Source of the DNA: Gemmatimonadaceae bacterium
GTDB taxonomy: Bacteria; Gemmatimonadota; Gemmatimonadetes; Gemmatimonadales; Gemmatimonadaceae
Direction of reading: 5' to 3'
DNA: 64,000 nt
Assembly (NCBI GenBank): GCA_044224875.1
Contig: JBGAJQ010000003.1
Coordinates: forward strand, 1 to 64,000
Shown: in pieces, positions 9,644 to 20,377 of the stretch
How the letters are laid out: each line of letters starts with the position of its first letter
How positions within the stretch are numbered: the first letter of the stretch is position 1
The notes under the pieces: generated by a model
What the model saw: the letters and a program-made list of their open reading frames with translations, nothing else
Told to the model about the DNA's origin: nothing
Databases searched by the model: none
Translations under genes and position numbers: made by a program

Positions 9644-11362
9644 TTAGGCGACGGCTTGGAGCCCGCCCACGAGTTCCCGCAACTGCTCGGAACCCTGGAG
9701 CAGTTGGGTGGAGGCGGATGACATCTGCTCGCAGGCGGCGCTCTGCTCCTGTGTGGACGCGCTCACCTGCTGCGCCGCCGCGGCGTGTCCTTCTGCCGTC
9801 TTGGCGATGGACTGGACGCCCTTGGCGGCACTCCCCACGATCTGCACGTTGCGATCCGCCTGCGCCGCGACGGACCCCGCGGCCTCGCGCGTGCGTTTGG
9901 CCGCACCGCCAATCGCGGTCAGCGCGCTGTCGATGTCATGCGAGACCTGCTCGATCTCGGCCACCTGCGTAACACCACTCTCCATGGCCCGCGTGGTGCT
10001 TGCCACACGCGAGGTGACCACTTTCGTCAGCTGCACCACGTCATCGGCGGCCGCCTGCGCCTGCTCCGCCAGCTTGCGCACTTCGTCCGCCACCACCGCG
10101 AACCCACGGCCGGCGGCACCGGCCCTCGCCGCCTCGATCGCGGCATTCAACGCCAGGAGGTCCGTCTGTTCGGCGATGCGGCTGACCGTGGCGACGAACT
10201 TATCGATGTCCGCCGCGGTGGAGTCCAGCGCCTCCACTTCGGTCGCCGCCTCGCCCACCGTGCGGCGCACCGTCGTGAGGATCTCCAGCGCCCGCTCGAT
10301 TTCGGATCGCTTGGACTGGGCCGTCTCCTCGATCCCCGCCGCCAATGCCGTCACCTCGCCAGCGCCCTGCAAAACGTCCTCGGCGCTCGAGCGAATGGCC
10401 CGCAGCCCGTCGTCGACCGATCGGAGCTGACGGACCTGGCTTTCTGCCCCCGATGAAATCTCCGTCATCGACGACGCCATCTGGCTGGCTGACGCCGATA
10501 TCTGCTCGGAGACGTTGGCCAACTCGCGGGCCGAATTCGCCACGTCGTCGGCTGTGGTAGATGTCACGGAAACCACACGCGCCAGCGACTCGCCCGCCGT
10601 GTTCATCGCGTCTGCGAGCTCCTGGAATTCGCCGGGCAGGTCGCCCGTGGTGCGGACGCCAAAATTTCCGTCGGACAGGGCACGCGCCTGCGCCACCAGC
10701 TGCCGCAGTGGGCGCGAGATCCAGGTGACGGTGCCGTACACGACGAACAAGCCGAGGAGGACCGCGGCAAAGATCGCGATAAGCATCCACGCACCCCGGC
10801 GGTCGACGTCGCGGCGCAGACGACCCGACGCGGCGGTGACTTCCCGCGCTTTCAGCTGGGCCAACGATTGCAGGTCGGACTGCAGCGCGTCCGTTTCGGC
10901 ACGAACGGCGCTGGTGACCGCGTCGGCCTCGGCGTGGCGACCGAGGTCCGCGAGCCGATGCGCCAGCGCGAATCGGATTTCCGCATGCGAGAGTCGCTCG
11001 TCGATTCGCGCAATGAGCGCCACGCCTTGCGTGGTGGCTCCCCCTTGCTGGTTCATGGTGCGGAGGGCGGCATGCGCGTCCGAGCCGTACTCCTGTACCT
11101 CTCGGCGGGACAGCGAATCGCGCAATTCCACGTAGCGCTGCGCCGCACCGAGTTCACGGGACACGGAGGCCGACAGGCGGGCGGAGAGTTGGGCGTTGTC
11201 CTGCACATCGCCTAACGTTTCGCCAATCACCGTGGACATCGTGCCGATGGTGGCGCGGCCGACGAGTCCGGCCGCGACAAACAGCGCCACCAGCATCCCG
11301 AAGCCGTAGAACAATCGCTGGCGAATGCTGCGCAGCGACATCAGGGTGGAAGGCGTGTTCAT
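9644..11362 (-). CDS. Methyl-accepting chemotaxis protein (2 TM, HAMP, MA domain)
   Basis: [38 protein letters not shown] hairpin tip; ISRPLRQL...[17 protein letters not shown] at 11362 overlaps the upstream stop. Confidence 0.93.
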   Translation of the reverse strand: MNTPSTLMSLRSIRQRLFYGFGMLVALFVAAGLVGRATIGTMSTVIGETLGDVQDNAQLSARLSASVSRELGAAQRYVELRDSLSRREVQEYGSDAHAALRTMNQQGGATTQGVALIARIDERLSHAEIRFALAHRLADLGRHAEADAVTSAVRAETDALQSDLQSLAQLKAREVTAASGRLRRDVDRRGAWMLIAIFAAVLLGLFVVYGTVTWISRPLRQLVAQARALSDGNFGVRTTGDLPGEFQELADAMNTAGESLARVVSVTSTTADDVANSARELANVSEQISASASQMASSMTEISSGAESQVRQLRSVDDGLRAIRSSAEDVLQGAGEVTALAAGIEETAQSKRSEIERALEILTTVRRTVGEAATEVEALDSTAADIDKFVATVSRIAEQTDLLALNAAIEAARAGAAGRGFAVVADEVRKLAEQAQAAADDVVQLTKVVTSRVASTTRAMESGVTQVAEIEQVSHDIDSALTAIGGAAKRTREAAGSVAAQADRNVQIVGSAAKGVQSIAKTAEGHAAAAQQVSASTQEQSAACEQMSSASTQLLQGSEQLRELVGGLQAVA

Positions 11363-12486
11363 GAGCGTCCGTCCGCGCCGATCGGGACCAGGACTCCGTC
11401 GCGTACCTGGGTGACGACGATCCCCTTCCCAGCCACATCTCCGGTGGGCAGGAACCGCAGCGGCCCGGTGATGCCAGGATAGGCGGTGTCGGGTCCGAGT
11501 GCGGCGAGCCAATCGCGAATGGCCTGCCGATCGGCGCCCGCCTGGGTAATGGCGGTGGCCAGCAGCATGGTCGCGTCGTAGGCGAGTGCCGCGTGTCCGT
11601 CGGGGTCCATGTGATAGCGCCGTCGAAAGGCCTGCACGAACCGCTGGGCCTCCGGCCGATCGTCCTTGGCCGTAAATGGCGTGCCAACGTAGGCGCCGTC
11701 AGATGCAACATCCGCGACCACCCCGGCCCAACCGTCGCCGCCGATGAATGCGCTCTTGAGTCCTTGGCGCCGGGCCTCGCGCAGGACCGCCTTTCCAGAA
11801 CCTTCGGTACCTGCCACGAACACGACGTCGGGTTTCCGCGTGGCGAGGTACGCGACATACGGTTCGAACGAAGTCGAATCCGTGCTCGGAATCGGGTCCG
11901 ATGAAAGCACGAGGCCATCAAAGCCACGCGTGAACGCGGTCGCGAGGCCGCGGCCGTAGGCGTTGTTTTCGTAAAGGATCGACGCGGTGTGATACCCGCG
12001 GCGCTTCGCAAAATGCGCGAGATCCACGCCATTCACCGAGTCGCTCGAGATCACGCGAAAGACGAATGGCGAGATGCCACTCAAGTCCGGCGTGGAGACG
12101 GTTGTTGCAACTGCCGGAAGACCCTGGTCATAAATGCGCGCCGCCGCGACCATCGCCCCCGAGGTCACGTGGCCAACCACGCCAACCACGTCGGTGTTGT
12201 CGAAGAATTCGGACGCGATCGACGTCGCGCGCACCCCGTCTCCTTCATCATTGCGGGCCACCAGCCGCAGCGGTCGTCCGCGAACGCCACCCTTGCTGTT
12301 GATCTCTTCGATCGCCAGGTCAATGCCGCGCTTGTTCATTTGGCCGTACCCCGCATCCCACGGCCCCGCTGTTCCGATCCACACGGGGGACGACTCCCTG
12401 GCACAGCCAAGGAGGGCACATATGGCAAACGTGAGGACTGCAGGTCGCAAGACGGCTCCGGGGACGGCGTTCTTCGGCTCGTTCAT
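11359..12486 (-). CDS. Branched-chain amino acid (LivJ-like) substrate-binding lipoprotein
   Basis: LLG-C lipobox, [50 protein letters not shown]. Confidence 0.88.
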   Translation of the reverse strand: MNEPKNAVPGAVLRPAVLTFAICALLGCARESSPVWIGTAGPWDAGYGQMNKRGIDLAIEEINSKGGVRGRPLRLVARNDEGDGVRATSIASEFFDNTDVVGVVGHVTSGAMVAAARIYDQGLPAVATTVSTPDLSGISPFVFRVISSDSVNGVDLAHFAKRRGYHTASILYENNAYGRGLATAFTRGFDGLVLSSDPIPSTDSTSFEPYVAYLATRKPDVVFVAGTEGSGKAVLREARRQGLKSAFIGGDGWAGVVADVASDGAYVGTPFTAKDDRPEAQRFVQAFRRRYHMDPDGHAALAYDATMLLATAITQAGADRQAIRDWLAALGPDTAYPGITGPLRFLPTGDVAGKGIVVTQVRDGVLVPIGADGRS

Positions 12487-12529
12487 AGACGGCCAAAGAA
12501 GGCACCGAGCAACGTCACTAGCGAAGGGT

Positions 12530-12570
12530 ACAAAATGCCCGAAACCCCAGCCTTCGCTTGGGGTTTCGGG
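12530..12570 (-). terminator. Rho-independent terminator after the family-5 SBP gene
   Basis: Minus strand CCCGAAACCCCAAGCGAAGGCTGGGGTTTCGGG hairpin followed by CATTTTGT. Confidence 0.7.
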
Positions 12571-12584
12571 GACCGATCGAACCG

Positions 12585-14279
12585 CTACTTGGCCGCGGGA
12601 AGTCCGACCTTGTCGCGGTCGATGCGCTGGCTGGCCGGAACGCTCCACTTTGGGATGGTCGCCCACCAGGCGTCGCCCCTCAATGAGGGAACGTCAATGC
12701 GATTCTGGACCGCCGCATTCCCGGTCAATTCCCAGAGAAAAACCGCCGGGACATCGGCCACGATCGTGCGATAGATCTCGGCATACAACGCCCGCGCCTT
12801 CGCCGGGTTTGGCTCCTGCACCACTTGCTTCATCAAGGAGTCGGCATGGGCGTTCTTGTAACGACCGATGTTCGAGTTGGTGTTGAGGTCATTCGCACCC
12901 CAACTCTGGCTCACCGAGGCCGGACTTGGGTCGAAGTGCCATCCGTTGATCACGACGTCGAAGGAGCCTTCGTTCATGAGCTTTGCCATGGCCGCCGGTT
13001 CAACCTCACGGACGGCGACGTCGATTCCCACCTTCTTGCACTGTTCCTGCATGATGGCCGCCATGCGTCTACGGGCCAGGCTCGTCGAGGGAACCACGAC
13101 TTCCAGGTGCAACGGCTTGCCGCCGCGATCCCGGATTCCGTCGCCGTTCGAATCCTTCCAGCCCAGAGAGTCGAGGACGTGCATGGCGCGCACCGAGTCG
13201 TGCGGCAACTGGTGCAGGGAGGTATCGGCTGAAAAGTGTGCCCGCACGAACGGCCCCTCCATCAGCGTGGCGAGCGTGTCGAACACATTCCGTACGGCTG
13301 CAGGCCGGTCAATCGCCATCGCGATCGCCTCGCGGACTCCCAGGTCGGCGAGTATGGGGTGCGGGGCGTTGCGGTTGGCCGGATTCCTCAGGTTGAACGC
13401 CAGATAGAAGGCGTCCCAACCCCCGTAGCGAAGGAAGCGCACCTTGCCACTCTTGGCGAGTACACCCTGCGTCTCGGGGCGAATCATCTCCACGACGTCT
13501 GCCTCGCCAGCAGCAACTCGATTGGCCGCCGTGCCAAGGTCGCCCGAGATCGCGAACACCACGCGGTCCAGATGCGGACGCCCGAGCTGGTATTCGGTGT
13601 TGGCGTTGATTTCGACGGCGCTGCGCGCGTCCCATCGCGCGAACTTGAATGGCCCCGAACCCACCGGGTTGCGGGCAAATGCCGACGATGCGAGTTGCTT
13701 GCGGTCCAGTGTGTCCAGCAGGTGCTTCGGCAGGATCCACAGGTTGTACACCAGCTGATAGAACCGCTCGGGTGTCTTCTGCTTGTAGTAGAACGTCACC
13801 GACAGGGAATCCGGGGTGCGCACGGAGTCCATTGGCGGAAGGTTCGTGCGGACGTAGGACTCGACCACGGGATCGGCGGACAAGTCGTAGCTGAAAGCCA
13901 CGTCGGCGCCGGTGACCGGGCGGCCATCGTGCCAACGAGCCTTCGGATTCACGTGGAAGGTGATCGCACTGGAGTCGGCAGACCAATCCCAGGACGACGC
14001 AAGTCGAGGCGTAAATCCGGCGTCGCCCACCGTATTGAGGTTCGGGCCAATATCCGCGAGAAAGTCGAACAGCAGATCAACGATCTGCTTGGCCGCGGTC
14101 GTCTGCACGAGAGGCGGCAGGAGTGTCTCCGCCTCGGCGGCCGCCGCGACAATCACCGTGCCGCCGTCGGCACCGGCGCCGCCAGCCGTTTCACCGGACT
14201 TCTGACAGGCACCAATTCCGAAAAACGCCGTGCCGAGCGCGCCGGCCGCCGCCCACGTCCGAAAGCGAATCACGTGCAT
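12585..14279 (-). CDS. Family-5 (peptide/OppA-AppA-like) ABC substrate-binding lipoprotein
   Basis: GIGA-C lipobox, PRLASSW, RWHDGRPVTGADVAFS, PVGSGPFKF, VREAIAMAIDR, GWKDSNGDGIR. Confidence 0.9.
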   Translation of the reverse strand: MHVIRFRTWAAAGALGTAFFGIGACQKSGETAGGAGADGGTVIVAAAAEAETLLPPLVQTTAAKQIVDLLFDFLADIGPNLNTVGDAGFTPRLASSWDWSADSSAITFHVNPKARWHDGRPVTGADVAFSYDLSADPVVESYVRTNLPPMDSVRTPDSLSVTFYYKQKTPERFYQLVYNLWILPKHLLDTLDRKQLASSAFARNPVGSGPFKFARWDARSAVEINANTEYQLGRPHLDRVVFAISGDLGTAANRVAAGEADVVEMIRPETQGVLAKSGKVRFLRYGGWDAFYLAFNLRNPANRNAPHPILADLGVREAIAMAIDRPAAVRNVFDTLATLMEGPFVRAHFSADTSLHQLPHDSVRAMHVLDSLGWKDSNGDGIRDRGGKPLHLEVVVPSTSLARRRMAAIMQEQCKKVGIDVAVREVEPAAMAKLMNEGSFDVVINGWHFDPSPASVSQSWGANDLNTNSNIGRYKNAHADSLMKQVVQEPNPAKARALYAEIYRTIVADVPAVFLWELTGNAAVQNRIDVPSLRGDAWWATIPKWSVPASQRIDRDKVGLPAAK

Positions 14280-14444
14280 GTGTTCCTCGCGAATTGTCCT
14301 TTGGAACCAACTCTCGGCGCCCGGGTGAGCTGCCGAAACTGATATATGACGATGTGAGACTCCTCACGCCACGCGCCAACCGGGCTAAAGTGTGTCCTGC
14401 CACCACGGAACGTCGTCCTCCCTAGGCAGCGATCTCGCGTGCGA

Positions 14445-14460
14445 CGGCACCCGGGATGCC
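14445..14460 (+). promoter_or_regulatory. Candidate sigma-54 -24/-12 promoter
   Basis: CGGCACCCGGGATGCC with GG-N10-GC spacing upstream of the TPR/HD-GYP gene. Confidence 0.35.
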
Positions 14461-14506
14461 GGCTTTCATCCATTCGCGGACGACATGCAGCTTCGTCAAC
14501 TGAGCG

Positions 14507-16405
14507 TTGGGCGCGGCCGTCGCTGGTCTTGGACCAACGACGGCGGATTGGGTCGTGGCTGTGGATAGCACGGTTATCTCCGGCGACGCCTCCCCCGCAC
14601 GGAGCGCGTCGGCGCTAGTCGAACAGGCTCACGAGCTGGAGCGCGAGGGGCGGCGCGTCGAGGCGCGCGCGCTGTTGGAGCAGGCGCTGCGCACGCCGAC
14701 GTCTGACGCGTCGACATCCCATGCCTCGAACATCCTCCGGTGGATCGCTCGAACGTACCAGGCCGACGCCATGTTCGACGAGGCGACGGACGTTCTCGAG
14801 GCGGCAACGGCCGCCGCGGAACTCGACGACGACCATGTCGCGTTAGGCCACGCGTTGAATCTCCACGCCATCGTTCACTGGCGTCGGGGGGACCTGGACG
14901 AGGCGCGCCGCCTGTACCTCCTGGCCCGCGACCAGGCCACGTTGGTCGGCGATACCCGTCTGGCAGCGATGACGGCGCAGAACCTCGGCGTCATCGCCAG
15001 CGTGCGCGGCGACCTGGAGCAGGCCCTGTTGTATTACGGCGGGGCCCTGCGCGACTACCGCGCACTCAACCTGCAGCGCGACTCATGCATCGCGCTGAAC
15101 AACCTGGGCATGCTGTACACACGCATGGCCAAGTGGCCGGAGGCGGAAGCCGCGTACCGCGAAGCGCTGCAAATCGCCGCCGTGGAGAACCACCACGACA
15201 TCGAGACACAGATCGAAGTGAACCTGACGGCAGTGCACGTCGGGCGAGAGGACTACGGCCGCGCGAGGAGCGAGTGCGCGCGAGTGATCGAGCTGGCGCA
15301 GTCGCGTGGAGACTCGAATGCGGAGTCCGAGGCCCTCAAGCTCGCCGGCATCGTCGCTCGCGACACCAACGCCTTGGAGGACGCCGAAGGGTTCTTCGTT
15401 CACGCGGCAGACATCGCCGCCAAGCGACACAACGTACTGCTGATCGCCGAGGTCGCACGCGAGTCGGCCTTGCTGTACCGCCGGCAGGGTCGCAATCGCG
15501 ACACCTTGCAGCAGCTCAATCGCGCGCACCGCCTGTTCTCGCAGTTGCGCGCGAATCGCGATGTCGCCGACATCATGAGCCGCACGCGACAGCTCGAGGC
15601 AGACTTCCTCGAGGTTGCGCGTCGCTGGGGTGAATCGACGGAATCCAAGGACCGCTACACTCAGGGTCACTGCGAGCGCGTGGCCGATGTCGCCGGGCGC
15701 CTGGCGCAGCGCGCAGGGCTGGACGACGTCGCCCTTTTCTGGTTCCGCATCGGCGCGCTGCTCCACGATGTCGGGAAGCTGATCATTCCGCCGGAAGTGC
15801 TGAACAAGCCTGGACGGCTCACACCCGAAGAGTGGACGCTGGTCAAGCAGCATCCATTGGCGGGCGTGCAACTCCTGTCGGACGTCGAGTTTCCGTGGGA
15901 TGTGGTTCCGATCGTCCGCTCGCACCATGAGTGCTGGGACGGGTCGGGATATCCCGATGGCTTGGCGGGAGAGGACATCCCGCTCACCGCGCGCGTCGTC
16001 TGCATCGCCGACGTCTATGACGCGCTGACGACGGAGCGCAGCTACAAGCGCGCTCTCCTGCACGAAGAGGCGATGGAGCTGATGGCGCGTGATGCGGGGC
16101 GGCAGTTTGACCCGCGCCTCTTCGCGCTCTTCGAGCACGTCATGCGGGAGGATGTGACGGCCCGGGCCGTGCCGGCGGTCCGGCGCACCACGCCAGAGGA
16201 GCAATCGGCTGACGCCATTCCAGCCTCACCAGCAAAGGATGAGCTCACTGGTGTGTGGCTGCGTCGTACCTTCACGGACCACGCAGCGACCGCGCTGCAG
16301 AACACGAACGATTCCTCCGTCGCACGCGCGCCGTCGCGGACGAACTGGCAAAGGTCAGCCGCTCGGATGACATCGTCGGCCGGTACGCCGGTGACGAGTT
16401 TGTGA
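14507..16405 (+). CDS. TPR + HD-GYP phosphodiesterase; N-terminal part of a split TPR/HD-GYP/GGDEF/STAND gene
   Basis: TPR repeats (ALNNLGMLY), LLHDVGK, HHECWDGSGYPDGL, ADVYDALT, then GGDEF start DELTGVWLRRTF before homology is lost near 16325. Start uncertain (GTG 14561 possible). Confidence 0.8.
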   Translation: MGAAVAGLGPTTADWVVAVDSTVISGDASPARSASALVEQAHELEREGRRVEARALLEQALRTPTSDASTSHASNILRWIARTYQADAMFDEATDVLEAATAAAELDDDHVALGHALNLHAIVHWRRGDLDEARRLYLLARDQATLVGDTRLAAMTAQNLGVIASVRGDLEQALLYYGGALRDYRALNLQRDSCIALNNLGMLYTRMAKWPEAEAAYREALQIAAVENHHDIETQIEVNLTAVHVGREDYGRARSECARVIELAQSRGDSNAESEALKLAGIVARDTNALEDAEGFFVHAADIAAKRHNVLLIAEVARESALLYRRQGRNRDTLQQLNRAHRLFSQLRANRDVADIMSRTRQLEADFLEVARRWGESTESKDRYTQGHCERVADVAGRLAQRAGLDDVALFWFRIGALLHDVGKLIIPPEVLNKPGRLTPEEWTLVKQHPLAGVQLLSDVEFPWDVVPIVRSHHECWDGSGYPDGLAGEDIPLTARVVCIADVYDALTTERSYKRALLHEEAMELMARDAGRQFDPRLFALFEHVMREDVTARAVPAVRRTTPEEQSADAIPASPAKDELTGVWLRRTFTDHAATALQNTNDSSVARAPSRTNWQRSAARMTSSAGTPVTSL

Positions 16406-19251
16406 TGCTGCTTCCCGCCACCACCGCGCCTGACGCCCAAGCGATTGCTGAGCGGTTGCGGCTGGCGGTCGAGAGCCTGCGCATCCCGCTGCGTGGAAGC
16501 GAGGAGGGCTCGGTGTCCGTCACCCTCTCGATCGGCGTCGCCCTCGCGCCCGAGCACGGCAAGACGTTCGAGTCGCTCTTTGCCGTCGCGGACCGCGCGC
16601 TATACGACTCCAAGCTGCGTGGGCGCAACGCGGTGTCACTCGCCGGCGAATCCACCGAAGGTAAGCCGCGCCTCGACATCGAGCGGTTTGTCGGCCGCGA
16701 GTCGGAGTTGCGCACGCTGCTCGATCATCTCGAATCGGCGCTTCGCGGGGACGCCCGCATCGTTTCAATCGTCGGCGAGGCTGGCATTGGCAAGACCACG
16801 CTCGTGAAGCGGTTGGCTCCGGAAGTCCGGCTTCGAACGGGCGTGATGGTGATGGGGCGCTCGCACGAGGCCGACGTGCGCCCCCCGTACGGCCCGTGGG
16901 CCGATGTGATCTCGGGCATCCATGGACTGGGCATCGTGCCAGCTCGCCGTTGGGAGGAGCTCGGACGACTCGTCCCCGAACTCCAGGAGCCTGGCTCGCC
17001 GACGCCCACCGGCATCGGCAACAAGTACGCACTGCTTGACGAGATCGCCGACTATGTGCGCGCCGCGGCCACGCGGCGGCCGTTGGTGCTAGTGCTTGAT
17101 GACATGCAGTGGGGCGACGCAGCGTCCTGGGACGCCCTGGAACATGTCGTGGCGCAGTTGGACGACGCGCGGCTCCTCATCTGCCTGACGCTTCGTGAAG
17201 AAGATGCCATGCAGATTACCCAGCAGCGCCGCCGACTCTCCCGATCCGAACGCTATGCCGAGCTAAGACTCGCGCGCTTGCTCCCGGCGGAAGTCACACG
17301 GTGGATCGCCGACGTGCTCCATCAGGCGGACATCGACTCGGACGTCTCGCAGTTCCTGTATCGGTACACCGAGGGGAATCCACTCTTCGTGAAACAGGTG
17401 ATGCGCTCCCTGTTCGAAGACGGGGCCATCTGGTACGGTGGCAAGAGGTGGGAGTGGAACTCGGTGGACGAATTTCAACTCCCGGTCGCGGTCGAGGACC
17501 TCCTCGCGCGACGACTTGGACGCCTTTCGCCCACGGCCTCCAAGCTGCTCACGCTTGCCGCGGCCGCCGGACGCACCTTTGACGCGGCCATCGTACGCGA
17601 GGCCGCCGAAGTGGCCGAAGTCCAGATGCTGGACGCCATCGACGAGGGGGTGGCGGTGGGCGTCATCGAACCCGCATCGCCCGAGGAGCCAAACGAGTTC
17701 ACGTTCGTCCATGGTCTGCTGGCGGACGCGCTACGCAAGACCTCCAATCCTCGCCGGTTGCAGCTGGCGCATCGCCGACTCGCCGAAGTCTTCGAACGCC
17801 GCCGTCCGGACTCTGTCGTCACCATCGCCGTTCTATATGAACGCGGCGGCGACAGCCCCAACGCCTACCGCTTCGCGCTCCTGGCCGGCGAGCGCGCGGC
17901 CGGCGTGTACGCGCTGGATGACGCAGTGGCCTCCTTCCGCATTGCCGTGCGCCATGCATCCACGCCGGATCAGCGCGTTGCCGCCAGCCTCCAACTGATC
18001 ACGGTGGCGCGCATCGGCGGCCAGTACCAGGAAGCAGAACGTACGTGCGATCAGGTGTTGACCGAGGACAACGTCGCCCTCACGTCGGACAAGCGGATCA
18101 GCGTGGCGCGCACGCGGCTGGAACTGCGCGCGCTTCAGGGTGAGCCGATCGCCAAGACGCTGGAGGAAGCACAGCAACTGCTCGCGGAAGCCCGCACGGC
18201 AGGCGACATGCGCAACAGCGTGTCTTTGCTCACGATCGTCTCCGACGCGCACTCGCGGCTCAATGACTGGCGCGAGGCGCACCGCCTGGCGCGTGACGCC
18301 CATATGCTGGCGGAAACGCTGGATGACCTCGAGTTACGCGCCGAAACGCAGATGCGGCTTGGCACCACCTTGTGGGAGCAGGTGCCTAACGAGGCTCTCT
18401 CGCACTTTGTCACCGCCCAGCGGCTCTACGAAACGATCGGCAACAAGTTTGGCCAGCTCCGATGCATGGTCAACGCCGGCATCGCGTACGCTCGCCTCGG
18501 TGACACCTCCGATGCCGAGTTGTCATACCGCGAGGCGGCGGACCTCGCCGAGGCATCGCACATCGCCGAAGTCGCCGGACTCGCCGCGCTCAATCTGGGC
18601 GTCCTTCGCCTGAAACACGGCGAGTACGATGCGGCAGCCGAGCAGTTCCAACGCGCCTTGCGACAATTCACCAAGGTGAAGAGCGAACCGCGGCGCCTTG
18701 CGGCGATGTACAACCTCGCGAATCTCGTGCATGAACAGGGCGATCCAGCCGCAGCCCTTGAACGCTATCGCGACGTCGTGAAACTGGCGTCAGAACTCGG
18801 TATGCCAGACGTTCGCATCGGCGCGCTGGCAGGCGCCGGCCTGTCTTCACTCGCTATGGGTGACAACGCCGAGTCGACCTCGGTCTACGAACAACTGCTC
18901 GCCGAGCGCGACACACATGGCGCCGGATGGTTCCAGGGACGAGAGCTCGTTGAGGCCTTCTTCGTGCGATTCCTCCTCTCTCGTGGTGACGCCGCAGGCG
19001 CGATCGCTTCCTTGAACCGCGCCCTGCGTGCCGCGTCGGACGACCAGTATGGATCCCTCTGGCTTTCTGCGGATGCCGTGCCGGCTCTCGCTCACGCCGG
19101 ATGCGCCATTCCTTACGATCTGGTGGCTGAGTCCCGCCGCGCCGCAGAACTCGCGGGCTTCAGGCCGCTGGCCAAGCGCCTCGTGGCCGTGGCGGGTTCT
19201 TCGCGGGGCGGCGGCACGGGTCGCGGTTCCACGTCCCTCGTGACTCCTTAG
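16327..19251 (+). pseudogene. C-terminal part of split gene: truncated GGDEF (AGDEF) + STAND AAA ATPase + TPR
   Basis: RAVADELAKVSRSDDIVGRYAGDEF...VTLSIGVA...ADRALYDSKLRGRN, FVGRESEL, Walker A GEAGIGKT, Walker B LVLDDMQW, TEGNPLF, TPR tail. It is in a different frame from 14507..16405 and could be re-initiated at ATG 16405. Confidence 0.7.
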
Positions 19252-19634
19252 GGCGAATCCCACTGCTCGCAGGCGGTGCCGAGCCCCGGGCGGACTCCGT
19301 CCTCGAGTTCTCCTTGGCACCTGTGGGTCGCGCACCATGGCGAGCATACAGGCCCCTGGCCCTACCGCCGCCCCCCATTGGCGGAGCGGCCGTGACGCCG
19401 AATGAACGACCCACCGATCGAGGCGTCGTGCAAGAATCCTTGCGGTCTGCACGGGCTTTTACCACCCGCCCTCACCGGTACTTCCCACGATCGACTTAAC
19501 TCCTTGAACGAGCTCGCGTTCGGTCGGTCATGGTGACCGTCTCATGGCCCGAATCCGGTCAAGGACGCCGATGTATTCGGACGAAGCGACGGAGGGCCAG
19601 AGCGGCTTCTGTGATCAATAATGCAAAGGACCTC

Positions 19635-19650
19635 AGGCATTTGGATTGCC
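19635..19650 (+). promoter_or_regulatory. Candidate sigma-54 -24/-12 promoter
   Basis: AGGCATTTGGATTGCC (GG-N10-GC with TTGC) about 50 nt before ATG 19700. Confidence 0.45.
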
Positions 19651-19699
19651 TAAGGTACGGGTGTCCATCGTCGCACCTGTCCTCAGCACCCACTTTCAT

Positions 19700-20311
19700 A
19701 TGAACCGATTCACCAGAAAGATCTCGGCGCTGATCGTTGCCGTCGTTGCGGTTGCGACTGCATGCTCCGATGCCGGCCGAGCGACGGCGCCGGATCTCCC
19801 GCAAAACGCCGTCAGCGCGCAAGGCACCACAAGTCCCAACTCCGGACTGGTCGGCACCGTGACGGGTGCTCTCCCGCTCGGAAACCTCATCAGCATCTTA
19901 GGCAAGCTTCCACAGCTTACCGACATCAGTGCATCGGCGGTCATCGGACCTGCCGGGGGAACGCTGGCGATTCCGCATGCGGGCCTAACGCTGATCGTGC
20001 CACCGGGTGCAGTGGCCTCCAACGTGAGGTTCGAGGTGACTGCTCTCAAGGGTTTGTCCGTGGCGTACGAATTCGAGCCGCACGGCATGAAGTTCAACCG
20101 GGCGCTCACGCTGCGGCAGGACCTGAACAAGACGCTGTACCTTCCCGGTTTGCGTCTGAACGGCGGATACTTCAAGAGCGCCAGCCAGCTGGATCTCCTG
20201 AGGCGTCAAGGAACGATCGACGAGACCATCCAGAGCTTGCTGAACCCCGGGGCTCGCACACTGGAGTTCCCTCTCTGGCACTTCTCTGGCTACCTCGTGT
20301 CCTGCGGATAG
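19700..20311 (+). CDS. Lipoprotein with ZU5-like domain
   Basis: MNRFTRKISALIVAVVAVATA-C lipobox; IGPAGGTL...LIVPPGAV...FEPHGMKFNRALTL...HFSGY pattern. Confidence 0.65.
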   Translation: MNRFTRKISALIVAVVAVATACSDAGRATAPDLPQNAVSAQGTTSPNSGLVGTVTGALPLGNLISILGKLPQLTDISASAVIGPAGGTLAIPHAGLTLIVPPGAVASNVRFEVTALKGLSVAYEFEPHGMKFNRALTLRQDLNKTLYLPGLRLNGGYFKSASQLDLLRRQGTIDETIQSLLNPGARTLEFPLWHFSGYLVSCG

Positions 20312-20377
20312 CACGCACGGAAGTGGGAACGATAGCGGCGACCCGACGGGTCGCCGTTGTCGTTTGTGTCTATGGCG

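Noticed and set aside
16300..16405. Programmed ribosomal frameshift joining the two halves
   Set aside because: No slippery run is evident, and a frameshift could not restore the missing DxD...ND..GH segment.
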